From positions 1-61,020 of the forward strand of contig JAIVGO010000099.1 in assembly GCA_020201525.1 (NCBI GenBank): a DNA stretch of 61,020 bases. Reading direction: 5' to 3'. This document shows positions 46,065 through 53,997 of the stretch, one piece after another. Each line of letters opens with the position of its first letter. Position 1 is the stretch's first letter. The notes under the pieces are model-generated. The model was not told the DNA's origin and searched no databases. It saw only the letters and a list, made by a program, of their open reading frames with translations. Made by a program: the position numbers and the translations under genes. Source of the DNA: Actinomycetota bacterium (GTDB lineage: Bacteria > Actinomycetota > AC-67).

Positions 46065-46721
46065 GTGCGGCCGGTACCATCAGCACCGATGTGGTTGCCG
46101 TTGTTCCCGCTGCATACCGCCCTGTTCCCCGGCGATGCGCTTCCTCTGCGCGTTTTCGAGCCTCGCTACCGCGAGATGATGGGATGGGTGCTCGCGGGGG
46201 ACCGCCGGTTCGGCGTGGTGGCCATTAGCGCCGGCACCGAGGTCGGCGAGCCCAGTGAGGTCCACTCGATCGGATGCATCGCCCTGATCGAACACATTGC
46301 AGAAGCGGCCGACGGAACGTTCGATCTCCTCTGCCGCGGTGAGTCCCGGTTCCAGATCGTCGAACGCCTCGCCGACGATCCGTATCCGCACGCAGAGGTC
46401 CGGATGCTTCCCGACGAACCCGGCGAGAACGCGGCGCACGCCGTCGCCGCCGCGCGCGCGGCTCTCGCCAAGTATGCCCGCGCCGTGGAGCGGCTCGGGC
46501 TGGTGATCGGACACGACGAGCACGCGAATCCGATCGCCGAGTCCTACCGGATCGCCGGCGCCTTGCTGGTCGACGTCCCGGTTCGACAGCGGCTGCTTGC
46601 GTGCGGAACCGCCGCGGAACGATTGCAGCTGGCCGGCGCGGTTGCTCGCCGCGAAGCGAACATCTTGCTAACGATCGGGCCGTCGGCGGGCGTACCGCTC
46701 GGTCGCCCCTCGCCCAACTAG
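46065..46721 (+). CDS. LON N-terminal (substrate-binding) domain protein
   Basis: 218 aa. LPLFPLHTALFPGDALPLRVFEPRYREMM is the canonical start of the LON/PUA-like domain. An alternative ATG is at 46089. Confidence 0.75.
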   Translation: MRPVPSAPMWLPLFPLHTALFPGDALPLRVFEPRYREMMGWVLAGDRRFGVVAISAGTEVGEPSEVHSIGCIALIEHIAEAADGTFDLLCRGESRFQIVERLADDPYPHAEVRMLPDEPGENAAHAVAAARAALAKYARAVERLGLVIGHDEHANPIAESYRIAGALLVDVPVRQRLLACGTAAERLQLAGAVARREANILLTIGPSAGVPLGRPSPN

Positions 46722-46784
46722 TGCTGCGCCAACGAAGTCCTCTGGCGATTTCAGAAGCTTCATGGACCTACCACCAGGTTGCGC

Positions 46785-47675
46785 CTACGTGATGTCGCGC
46801 CGCCGGAAGGTGGCCGTCGACAGCTCAAAGATTCCCAATGCATAGGCGGCGACGAGCAGTCCCGCGCCGAGTGTCGAGCGGTACGGGAACTCGGTCATGT
46901 CCTCCGCGATCAGGAACCGGCCGGCGTTGAGCGTCAGCAGCCACCGCTGATAGCCGGGAAGCAGGCCGCGGATGATGTTCTCGATCACGGCGATGTACAC
47001 GAACGCGATGCCGATGGCCGCTGCCGTGTTGCGAGCGACGTTCGCAATCGAGACCCCGATCATGGACGCTATGACTGCCAGCGTCGCACCACGAAGAACC
47101 GTTCCCGCTACGTCGCGATACCACATTCCGTTAAGTCCGGCCGTGTCGCCGCGAAAAATGGCCGCAGGAACGAGAGCGGCCCCAAGGATGATCTCAAAGA
47201 CCACAGCCCCGGCGAAAACGACGGCAGCGCACCCGATCATCTTCGCGGCGACCACGCGGTACCGCCTCGGTTCCCACGCAAGCAAGGTCACAATCGTCCC
47301 GTGGCTCCATTCGGCACCGATAAAGGTTGCGCCGATTGCCAGACCGAGAATGACCATGAAAGTCGCCGTTCCTTTGACGACATCGCGGAACGAGGAGAGG
47401 TGGAATTGCTTATCGATTCGAACGTTGTCGGCGTTGAATTGCTCGTCACAGAACTGCTGCGGATCGAGCTCCACACCGGGCGGGGCGTCGAACGGCTTGA
47501 TTTCCCCGCTCAGGCACCGCGCGTGCTCCGAAGCCACGGCGGCGCGCGCGCGAGCCAAACGTTCCGGCGTCGTGCGGTGCGATTTCAAAAAGACGGTCGT
47601 CCCGGCGACGACGGTGATGATCAACAGAGCGAGGACGAGCAACCGAATCCCGCGCCGCGCCGTCAGGCGCGTCAT
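46785..47675 (-). CDS. ABC-2-type transporter permease
   Basis: Start ATG 47675 (MTRLTARRGIRLLVLALLIITVV), with a large first extracytoplasmic loop and then five hydrophobic helices. It lies 20 nt after the ATPase gene. Confidence 0.7.
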   Translation of the reverse strand: MTRLTARRGIRLLVLALLIITVVAGTTVFLKSHRTTPERLARARAAVASEHARCLSGEIKPFDAPPGVELDPQQFCDEQFNADNVRIDKQFHLSSFRDVVKGTATFMVILGLAIGATFIGAEWSHGTIVTLLAWEPRRYRVVAAKMIGCAAVVFAGAVVFEIILGAALVPAAIFRGDTAGLNGMWYRDVAGTVLRGATLAVIASMIGVSIANVARNTAAAIGIAFVYIAVIENIIRGLLPGYQRWLLTLNAGRFLIAEDMTEFPYRSTLGAGLLVAAYALGIFELSTATFRRRDIT

Positions 47676-47695
47676 CTCCACGCCGACGAGCCGTC

Positions 47696-48628
47696 TCAAA
47701 CGGCCACCTCTTCCACGACGGGATCCTGCGTGAGCTCGAGGAAGACCGTTTCCAAATCGGCTTCGTCGGGACGGAGCTCGGTGAGATACAGCCCTTGATC
47801 GGCCAGCACTTTCGTGATGAACGCAGCATCGGAAGGCGGGCTCGCAACACGCAACGCATCTCCGTCGCGTGTTGCATCGAGCCCGGCCGTCTGCAATGCG
47901 GAGAGCGCGAGGTCGGGACGCTCCACGCGGAGAAACAAACCCGTTGCGCGGCCTTGCGACAGAACCTCGTGGACCGAACCGGCTGCGACGCACCGCCCTC
48001 GAGTGAGGATGGCGACGCGGTCGCACACCTGTTGAACTTCGGACAGGATGTGGCTGGAAACGAAAACCGTCCGGCCCTCGTTCGCAAGCCGTTTGATCAA
48101 GTCCCGAATTTCTTTGATGCCGGCGGGGTCGAGCCCGTTCGCCGGCTCATCGAGAATCAACAGCTCGGGGTCTTTGAGTAAAGCCGCCGCGATTCCGAGG
48201 CGCTGCCGCATACCGAGCGAATACGTTTTGACAACGTCATCGGCGCGATCGGCGAGACCGACGCGCTCGAGAATGTCATCCACCGAAGTGGCACCGATGC
48301 CGTTAATGCGTCCGAGCAGCTGAAGATTGAGCTTGCCGCTGAATGTCGGGAAGAGCGCCGGAGTCTCGACGATAGATCCGATGCGCCGAATGACCGACGG
48401 CAGATCGCAGCGTGCTTCGGCGCCGAGGATCCTGCACCGGCCGGCCGTCGGCCGGACGAGGTCGAGTAAGCAGCGAATCGTCGTGGTCTTCCCGGAGCCG
48501 TTCGGTCCGAGGAAGCCGAAAACTCCTCCCTCCGGCACGACGAGGTCCAAACCGGCGACGGCGACCGTGACCCCGCCGCGAAGACGGCGATACTCCTTCT
48601 TCAACCCTTCGATCTCAATGATGGCCAT
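47696..48628 (-). CDS. ABC transporter ATP-binding protein (ABC-2 exporter type)
   Basis: Start ATG 48628 (MAIIEIEGLKKEY), with Walker A GPNGSGKTT, signature YSLGMRQRL and Walker B LLILDEPANGLDP. Confidence 0.9.
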   Translation of the reverse strand: MAIIEIEGLKKEYRRLRGGVTVAVAGLDLVVPEGGVFGFLGPNGSGKTTTIRCLLDLVRPTAGRCRILGAEARCDLPSVIRRIGSIVETPALFPTFSGKLNLQLLGRINGIGATSVDDILERVGLADRADDVVKTYSLGMRQRLGIAAALLKDPELLILDEPANGLDPAGIKEIRDLIKRLANEGRTVFVSSHILSEVQQVCDRVAILTRGRCVAAGSVHEVLSQGRATGLFLRVERPDLALSALQTAGLDATRDGDALRVASPPSDAAFITKVLADQGLYLTELRPDEADLETVFLELTQDPVVEEVAV

Positions 48629-48644
48629 GGGGCTCCGATCGGGC

Positions 48645-48668
48645 GGGGGCGGGCACATGCCCGCCCCC
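48645..48668 (-). terminator. perfect GC hairpin after the SOD-like gene
   Basis: gggggcgggc-acat-gcccgccccc forms a 10-bp stem with a 4-nt loop, 11 nt downstream of the stop at 48679. Confidence 0.5.
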
Positions 48669-48678
48669 AGGGATCGAT

Positions 48679-49176
48679 CTAGCTCAAGTCCGCGCAGCCA
48701 ATCTTTGCACCGGTGACCGGCGCGTGCACCACCACCGAAACCGCCTCGCTGCGTGCGAGATGATCGACTTTGGTCCAGCCGTTTCCGATGCCTTCGTCGT
48801 CCGTCGTAAAAGGACCCGGCCAGATTTCGTTCGATGCCAGGGTCGCTGAGATCGAGGTATCGAGCTTGTAGTGCCCGTCCGCGTCGCCGTTTCCGCACGC
48901 CTGCTTGTGAACGTGCGATGCGTACGTCGTGTTCGGCGCGAGTCCTTCGACGTGAATTGCGACGATCGTTTTGCCGTCGGCCGTCCGCACCATCTGTGCG
49001 TGGCCGGATATGTCTTGGTACTGCGCGTACGCGGCGTCGTTCAGGGCGGCAGCAAATGCTCCGACCTCGCCACGCGTCACTTGAGCTCCCGCCGCGTTTG
49101 CCGGAGCGGATGCGACGATGAAGAGCGCCGACGTCAGCGACAGGACCGCTGTCACACGACCAAGTTTCTTAACCAT
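48679..49176 (-). CDS. secreted Cu,Zn-superoxide-dismutase-like protein (apparently lacking the zinc subloop)
   Basis: Start ATG 49176 follows GGGGGAGA, and the signal peptide ends ANA-AG. The copper-ligand pattern HVHKQACGNGDADGHY...VVVHA and the disulfide Cys (IGC) are present. The H..GDL zinc-loop motif is not recognisable. Confidence 0.7.
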   Translation of the reverse strand: MVKKLGRVTAVLSLTSALFIVASAPANAAGAQVTRGEVGAFAAALNDAAYAQYQDISGHAQMVRTADGKTIVAIHVEGLAPNTTYASHVHKQACGNGDADGHYKLDTSISATLASNEIWPGPFTTDDEGIGNGWTKVDHLARSEAVSVVVHAPVTGAKIGCADLS

Positions 49177-49401
49177 GTCTCCCCCTTTCGTTCGAGCCGG
49201 GCGGCTCGCTCGTGACCCCATGGGCAACGAGACGAAGCAGACGGTAACCGGTCGGGGAACGAAGGCCTACCCGGCCTTCACCACAGCTTGTGTTGCAGAT
49301 TCACCGGAATCGAGGGGTGCCAGTACCCCAGGAAACTCCCCTTCTTTTAGGGGAAGACACCCTATCGGCGGGTCCCGCGCGAGGTTGATAATCAATCGCG
49401 G

Positions 49402-50724
49402 GTGAACGTGAGAGGCGATGTTTCGGTATCGGGGCGCGGCGACCTTTGGCCGAGCGCTCTTCTTGCGATCGGGCTGGCCGCCTACATTGCCGTCGTCTAT
49501 GCAATCATCGTCGTCGCGGCAGGGACGGCAGCCGGTCCCGGATCGGCGAACGGCTTGTTGACGATCGTGGCCACTGCGATCGTGGCGGTCACATTCGCAC
49601 CCGTGCGCGTACGGCTAACGGGAGCCATCAACCGGCTGGTCTACGGCAAGCGTGCGACGCCGTACGAAATTCTTTCGCAATTCGCCGACCGAGTTGCACA
49701 GACGTATGCAAGCGAGGAGGTGCTTTCGAACCTCGCCCGCACGATCACGGATGGGATCGGCGGAGCACACACGCAAATATGGCTTCGCGTCGAGGATGAC
49801 CTCAGGCTCGCTGCCGAATTTCCCGGCGCCAGAACCCCGGACACACCGCTTCCGTTACGCGGCAACGACTTGCCAAAGATGCCCGGCGGTGGCTTCGTCG
49901 GCGCGGTGCGTCACATGGGTGATCTGCTCGGAGCGATAACCGCCACGAAGCGCGGCGGCGAGCCACTCAATCCGGTCGAGTCACGCCTGCTGTCGGACAT
50001 CGCTTCCCAAGCAGGCCCGGTCTTGCGAAATGTGCGCCTGACGGCAGAGCTCGAGGCGCATCTTCTAAAGATCACTACGCAAGCCGAGGAGCTGCGGGTA
50101 TCGCGCCGGCGTATCGTTGCGGCGCACGACGCGGAACGGCGGCGCCTCGAGCGGGACATCCACGACGGCGCGCAGCAACATCTGGTCGCACTTGCCGTGA
50201 AGGCCCGTCTCGCTTCGACGGTTGTGGGGAAGCGCCCGGACAAGCTGGACGAGATGCTTGCGGAGCTTCGATCGGTAACCGACGGTGCTTTGGACACGTT
50301 GCGCAATCTCAGCAGAGGAATCTATCCGGCGGGATTGCAAGAGCTCGGTGTCGCGCAGGCGCTCGCCGCACACGCGCACATCGCAGGCCTCGATGTCGAG
50401 GTCAAGGCGAAGGACTTTCCACGGTACGAACCCGACGTCGAGGCCACGCTGTACTTCGTCTGTCTGGAAGCGCTGCAGAACACGTCGAAATATTCCGGCG
50501 CGGCCGGTGCCATCGTGCTGCTGGATCGTACGCCGTCCTCGATCCGGTTCTCGGTGCGCGACGACGGTCACGGATTCGATCCCGCGACCGTGAAACGCGG
50601 CGCGGGACTCGAAAACATGGGCGACCGTCTGGCCGCCGCCGGCGGATCACTTCTGATTCAATCGTCGCCCGGAAAAGGCACGTTGCTCTCCGGGGAGATC
50701 CAGGCAGTCCCGGTAGGTGACTGA
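49402..50724 (+). CDS. sensor histidine kinase (2 TM, GAF-like, HisKA_3, HATPase_c)
   Basis: 440 aa. The H-box is ERRRLERDIHDGAQQHL (His codon 50161-50163), the N-box LEALQNTSKY, G1 DDGHGFD and G2 GAGLENM. Confidence 0.88.
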   Translation: MNVRGDVSVSGRGDLWPSALLAIGLAAYIAVVYAIIVVAAGTAAGPGSANGLLTIVATAIVAVTFAPVRVRLTGAINRLVYGKRATPYEILSQFADRVAQTYASEEVLSNLARTITDGIGGAHTQIWLRVEDDLRLAAEFPGARTPDTPLPLRGNDLPKMPGGGFVGAVRHMGDLLGAITATKRGGEPLNPVESRLLSDIASQAGPVLRNVRLTAELEAHLLKITTQAEELRVSRRRIVAAHDAERRRLERDIHDGAQQHLVALAVKARLASTVVGKRPDKLDEMLAELRSVTDGALDTLRNLSRGIYPAGLQELGVAQALAAHAHIAGLDVEVKAKDFPRYEPDVEATLYFVCLEALQNTSKYSGAAGAIVLLDRTPSSIRFSVRDDGHGFDPATVKRGAGLENMGDRLAAAGGSLLIQSSPGKGTLLSGEIQAVPVGD

Positions 50725-53339
50725 TGCGATTTCTTATGCCGATTATTCCCGTCTCGCTTATCGCAATCATTTTCATCGCAGCAGACCGTCTTCTGCCCGT
50801 CCTTCGTGCGCGTATCGATGCGCATCGAAAACATCCGCGGGACGGCGTTGTGTTCAAGACGTTCTTCGTCCTGTTCGCTGCGGCGATCATCGTCTGGCTC
50901 ACGGCGGGTTTCGTTCCTGCCGTCGTCCGCGCTGCCCCATCGCTTCATGCGCGACTGCACAGCGGTGCGGGAAATAGCGCACCCGTCAAGCTGTCGGCCC
51001 GCAATTTTCAATTCAGCGAGACATACCTCACGATTCCGGCACATCGCAGCGCGACGATCCTGTTCAGGAACTACGATGTGTCCATTCAGCACAACTTCGC
51101 CCTGTACGACGTCGATGGTATGGCCGACCAAGAGTACGAGGGCCTTTCCGAAGACGCCGGTCCGGTGTTCTCGAGTAGCGCGTTCGCCGGGAGCGGAACG
51201 AGAGAGTTCTCTTTTGTCGCCCCCTCCCCCGGGTTCTATCTCTTCCAGTGTGACGTGACCGATGAAGAGTTCGGCGACCACAACACGGCGATGACTGGAT
51301 GGATCAACATCGTTCCGAGCGGGCTTGCGCCGGAAACGCTCAAAGGAGGTGTCGTTCGGGATCTCGAGCGCGGTGCAGCGAGCGCGTATCACTACGCAGA
51401 ACGACCGGGTCAAGTCGCGCTCGATTATCTGTTCAGCATCTCCACCCTCGCCCTAGGCATCTTCCTCGTTCGCAAGCGGCCGCTCGACCGCGTGGCCCGG
51501 TTGCTGGGCGTCGCAATGATCGGAACGGCGGCGGCATACAACATTCAAAGCCACGCAGCGCTCGACGTCCTCCCCAGCCTCGCCGGCTTCATCCATCCCT
51601 TGTTCGTGCACCCGGTGTCCGGGATTCTGTATTTGTACGCGCTCGTTCTCTTCCCCGACGGCAAGCTTGTTCCGCATTTCTCCAACCGCACGGTCCACGC
51701 GCTGTATCGGCCCGCCGTCTTCGGGGCGTTCATCATCGCGCTCGGCGTCGGCGGCTTGAGCGAGCCGTCACCGGGACCCGGGCACGCCGCCGCGTTCGTC
51801 GCGCTGTTTGGTCTTTTGGTGCCCCTCGTCGGCTTCGCAGCGCAGCTCTACCGGTATCGCTACGCCCACAGCCCCGAGCTGAAGCAACAATCGAAGGTAC
51901 TTCTGTGGGCCCTTGGTCCCGCGCTTGTCTTCGGAGCCGCCGTGGTGCTCATTCGCCAGCTGGGCGGGCCGAGCGGAACGTTCCAAGGCGCGCGTCTGCA
52001 TGATCTCCAGGCATTCACGTTCCGGCTGTACCAACCAGTTTTTATCGTGATCCCCGCCGCGGTCGTTGTCGGGATCCTGCGGTTCCGGCTGTGGGATCTG
52101 GACGTCGTCATCAACAAGGCCATTCTGTACGGCTCTCTAGCGGGATTCATCGCTGCAGCCTATGTCGCCGTCGTCGTCGGGATTGGGCTTCTCTTGGGCG
52201 ATACCGGCAACCCATTCCTGTCGGTGGCGACCCTCGTCGCCGTCGCCGTTGCTTTCGAGCCGGTCCGCGAGCGATTGCGCGGCTTCGCAAACAAGCTCGT
52301 GTACGGCACGCGTGCCACTCCGTACCAAATGATGGCGGAGTTCTCCCAGAGCCTCACCCAATCGCCGTCGACCGAGGACGTCCTGCCGCTCATCGCGGAA
52401 TACGGTGCGCGCTGCGTGGGAGGTGCGCGAAGCGACGTTGCGCTGTTTCTTCCGGACGGAACCACGCGGACGACCTCATGGCCGGCCCGCGACGCGAGCG
52501 GACAGTTCGAACGCACGTTCCCGGTCCTGCACCAGGGAGAGATAATCGGTGAGGTTGCGGTCGCGAAAGCGGCGGGAGATCCATGGACGTCCGCCGACGA
52601 AAGAGTGCTCTCCGCGTTGACCTCTCAAGCAGCGGTCGCGCTGCACGGCGCCCGCCTGACGGCGCAGCTCGAAGAGCGCTTGAAGACGATCTCTTCGCAA
52701 GCCGCCGATCTTGCCGAGTCCCGAAAGCGCATCCTCTCGGCGAGAGACGCAGAGCGGAATCGCTTGGAGCGAGAGATCCGAAGCTCGGTTGAGCAGCGGC
52801 TCCTTGTGATGCAAGAGACGCTTTCGGATCCGGCCGCGTCCGAGTCGATATTTCTCCCGCTGCTCGACGAGGCGACGGACATTCTCGAGAGATTGCGCAC
52901 GATTTCGCACGGCGTCTTCCCCTCTCTCCTTGCCGACCGCGGTCTCGTCGCCGCTCTCGAAGCGCAACTACGAAAAATCGAATCTGGGTCCGACGTCCGG
53001 TTGGAAAGCGACCTGCCCGACGAACGTTTCGACCGAGGCGTGGAGGCATCGCTGTACTTCTGTTGCGTCGAGGCGGTGAAAGACACGATACGACGCGCGG
53101 GCCGCACTCCCATCACGTTGCGGCTTGCTCAAAACGGGGATCGCGTCGAATTCTCCATCTCCGGAGCCGCCGTGGATCCGGCGCTGGTGCAAGAGATTCG
53201 GGATCGCGTCGAGGCGCTCGGCGGAAGCCTCACCGCCGAAAAAAGGACGCTGTTTGGTTCCGTTTTCGCTTACGAGCCGGATACTTTCGCCCACGCCGCC
53301 GTCAGCACATCGGGGTCCAGCATCGCCTTGGAGATGTAA
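50724..53339 (+). CDS. cupredoxin-domain polytopic membrane sensor with GAF-like and degenerate HisKA_3/HATPase modules (predicted pseudokinase)
   Basis: 871 aa. Its ATG overlaps the upstream kinase stop (TGATG). After 2 TM there is a ~110-aa cupredoxin-like segment (IQHNFALY...FYLFQCDV...GDHNTAMTGWINIV), then about 8 TM. The C-terminal ~370 aa are paralogous to the upstream kinase, but the H-box reads LEREIRSSVEQ (Arg codon 52779-52781), the N-box reads EAVKD, and there is no DxGxG. Confidence 0.8.
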   Translation: MRFLMPIIPVSLIAIIFIAADRLLPVLRARIDAHRKHPRDGVVFKTFFVLFAAAIIVWLTAGFVPAVVRAAPSLHARLHSGAGNSAPVKLSARNFQFSETYLTIPAHRSATILFRNYDVSIQHNFALYDVDGMADQEYEGLSEDAGPVFSSSAFAGSGTREFSFVAPSPGFYLFQCDVTDEEFGDHNTAMTGWINIVPSGLAPETLKGGVVRDLERGAASAYHYAERPGQVALDYLFSISTLALGIFLVRKRPLDRVARLLGVAMIGTAAAYNIQSHAALDVLPSLAGFIHPLFVHPVSGILYLYALVLFPDGKLVPHFSNRTVHALYRPAVFGAFIIALGVGGLSEPSPGPGHAAAFVALFGLLVPLVGFAAQLYRYRYAHSPELKQQSKVLLWALGPALVFGAAVVLIRQLGGPSGTFQGARLHDLQAFTFRLYQPVFIVIPAAVVVGILRFRLWDLDVVINKAILYGSLAGFIAAAYVAVVVGIGLLLGDTGNPFLSVATLVAVAVAFEPVRERLRGFANKLVYGTRATPYQMMAEFSQSLTQSPSTEDVLPLIAEYGARCVGGARSDVALFLPDGTTRTTSWPARDASGQFERTFPVLHQGEIIGEVAVAKAAGDPWTSADERVLSALTSQAAVALHGARLTAQLEERLKTISSQAADLAESRKRILSARDAERNRLEREIRSSVEQRLLVMQETLSDPAASESIFLPLLDEATDILERLRTISHGVFPSLLADRGLVAALEAQLRKIESGSDVRLESDLPDERFDRGVEASLYFCCVEAVKDTIRRAGRTPITLRLAQNGDRVEFSISGAAVDPALVQEIRDRVEALGGSLTAEKRTLFGSVFAYEPDTFAHAAVSTSGSSIALEM

Positions 53340-53659
53340 GTCACGGCACCTGCTTCGAGCGCGCGCTGCTCGTATTCGGCCGCGGAGTACGTCGAACACA
53401 CGATTACCTGCACTCCATGGTGCTGGTCGCGGATTTTGCGCGTCGCTTCTATCCCGTCGAGCCCCGGCAAGTTGACGTCCATGAGGACAAGATCCGGCCG
53501 CATCTCACGAACCGCTTCGATTGAATCCTCGGCGCTTTCAACCGCACCGATGAACTCAAAGCCGGGTGTCAGCATGACCACCATTTTGGCGGCATCGCGA
53601 AACGGGGCTTGATCGTCGACAACAAGTACGCGGACGGCCAACGGCGCTCCCGGTTGCAC
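53270..53659 (-). CDS. single-domain response regulator (receiver only, no output domain)
   Basis: 129 aa with an intact acidic pocket VVDDQ, phospho-acceptor LVLMDVNLPG, CSTY and ISKA. The ORF ends directly after the receiver. Confidence 0.8.
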   Translation of the reverse strand: MQPGAPLAVRVLVVDDQAPFRDAAKMVVMLTPGFEFIGAVESAEDSIEAVREMRPDLVLMDVNLPGLDGIEATRKIRDQHHGVQVIVCSTYSAAEYEQRALEAGAVTYISKAMLDPDVLTAAWAKVSGS

Positions 53660-53703
53660 TCCTTACGGGAAGCCTACTCCGCGCACCGGCCGGACGTGAT
53701 GAA

Positions 53704-53970
53704 TCAGGTTCGCTGCGCGCTGCGCTCACGGATGGCCGCGAGAAGACGCTCCGCCGTCGTGCGCAGCTCATCGGCAACGAACCGAAGATCCTCGATTTCA
53801 CCCTTGGCTTCGCCCGAATCGTCGGACTGAATTCGCTCGACGGTTTGGCCGAGTAGTTGGGCGCGCATCCGCGCGTTGTTCGAAATCTCGTCGATCTCGT
53901 TGATCGTGAGTCGCAACAGCCACCGGATACGCCGCTCGCTGTATTGCAACTGTTCACGATCGTCGCTCAA
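53704..53970 (-). CDS. small alpha-helical hypothetical protein
   Basis: 88 aa. The TTG start is preceded by GGAGGG with a 4-nt spacer. It lies 27 nt after the dnaE stop, and its composition is charged and helical. Confidence 0.5.
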   Translation of the reverse strand: MSDDREQLQYSERRIRWLLRLTINEIDEISNNARMRAQLLGQTVERIQSDDSGEAKGEIEDLRFVADELRTTAERLLAAIRERSAQRT

Positions 53971-53997
53971 GCTTCCCTCCGCCGCCGGGCGCGCCCT

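Noticed and set aside
49228-49401. Inverted repeats in the SOD-like/kinase divergent spacer (cgcgaggttgataatcaatcgcg; tcccct-N6-agggga) as operators
   Set aside because: These repeats are imperfect or only 5-6 bp long. Without conservation data they are not distinguishable from chance, so I mention them only here.
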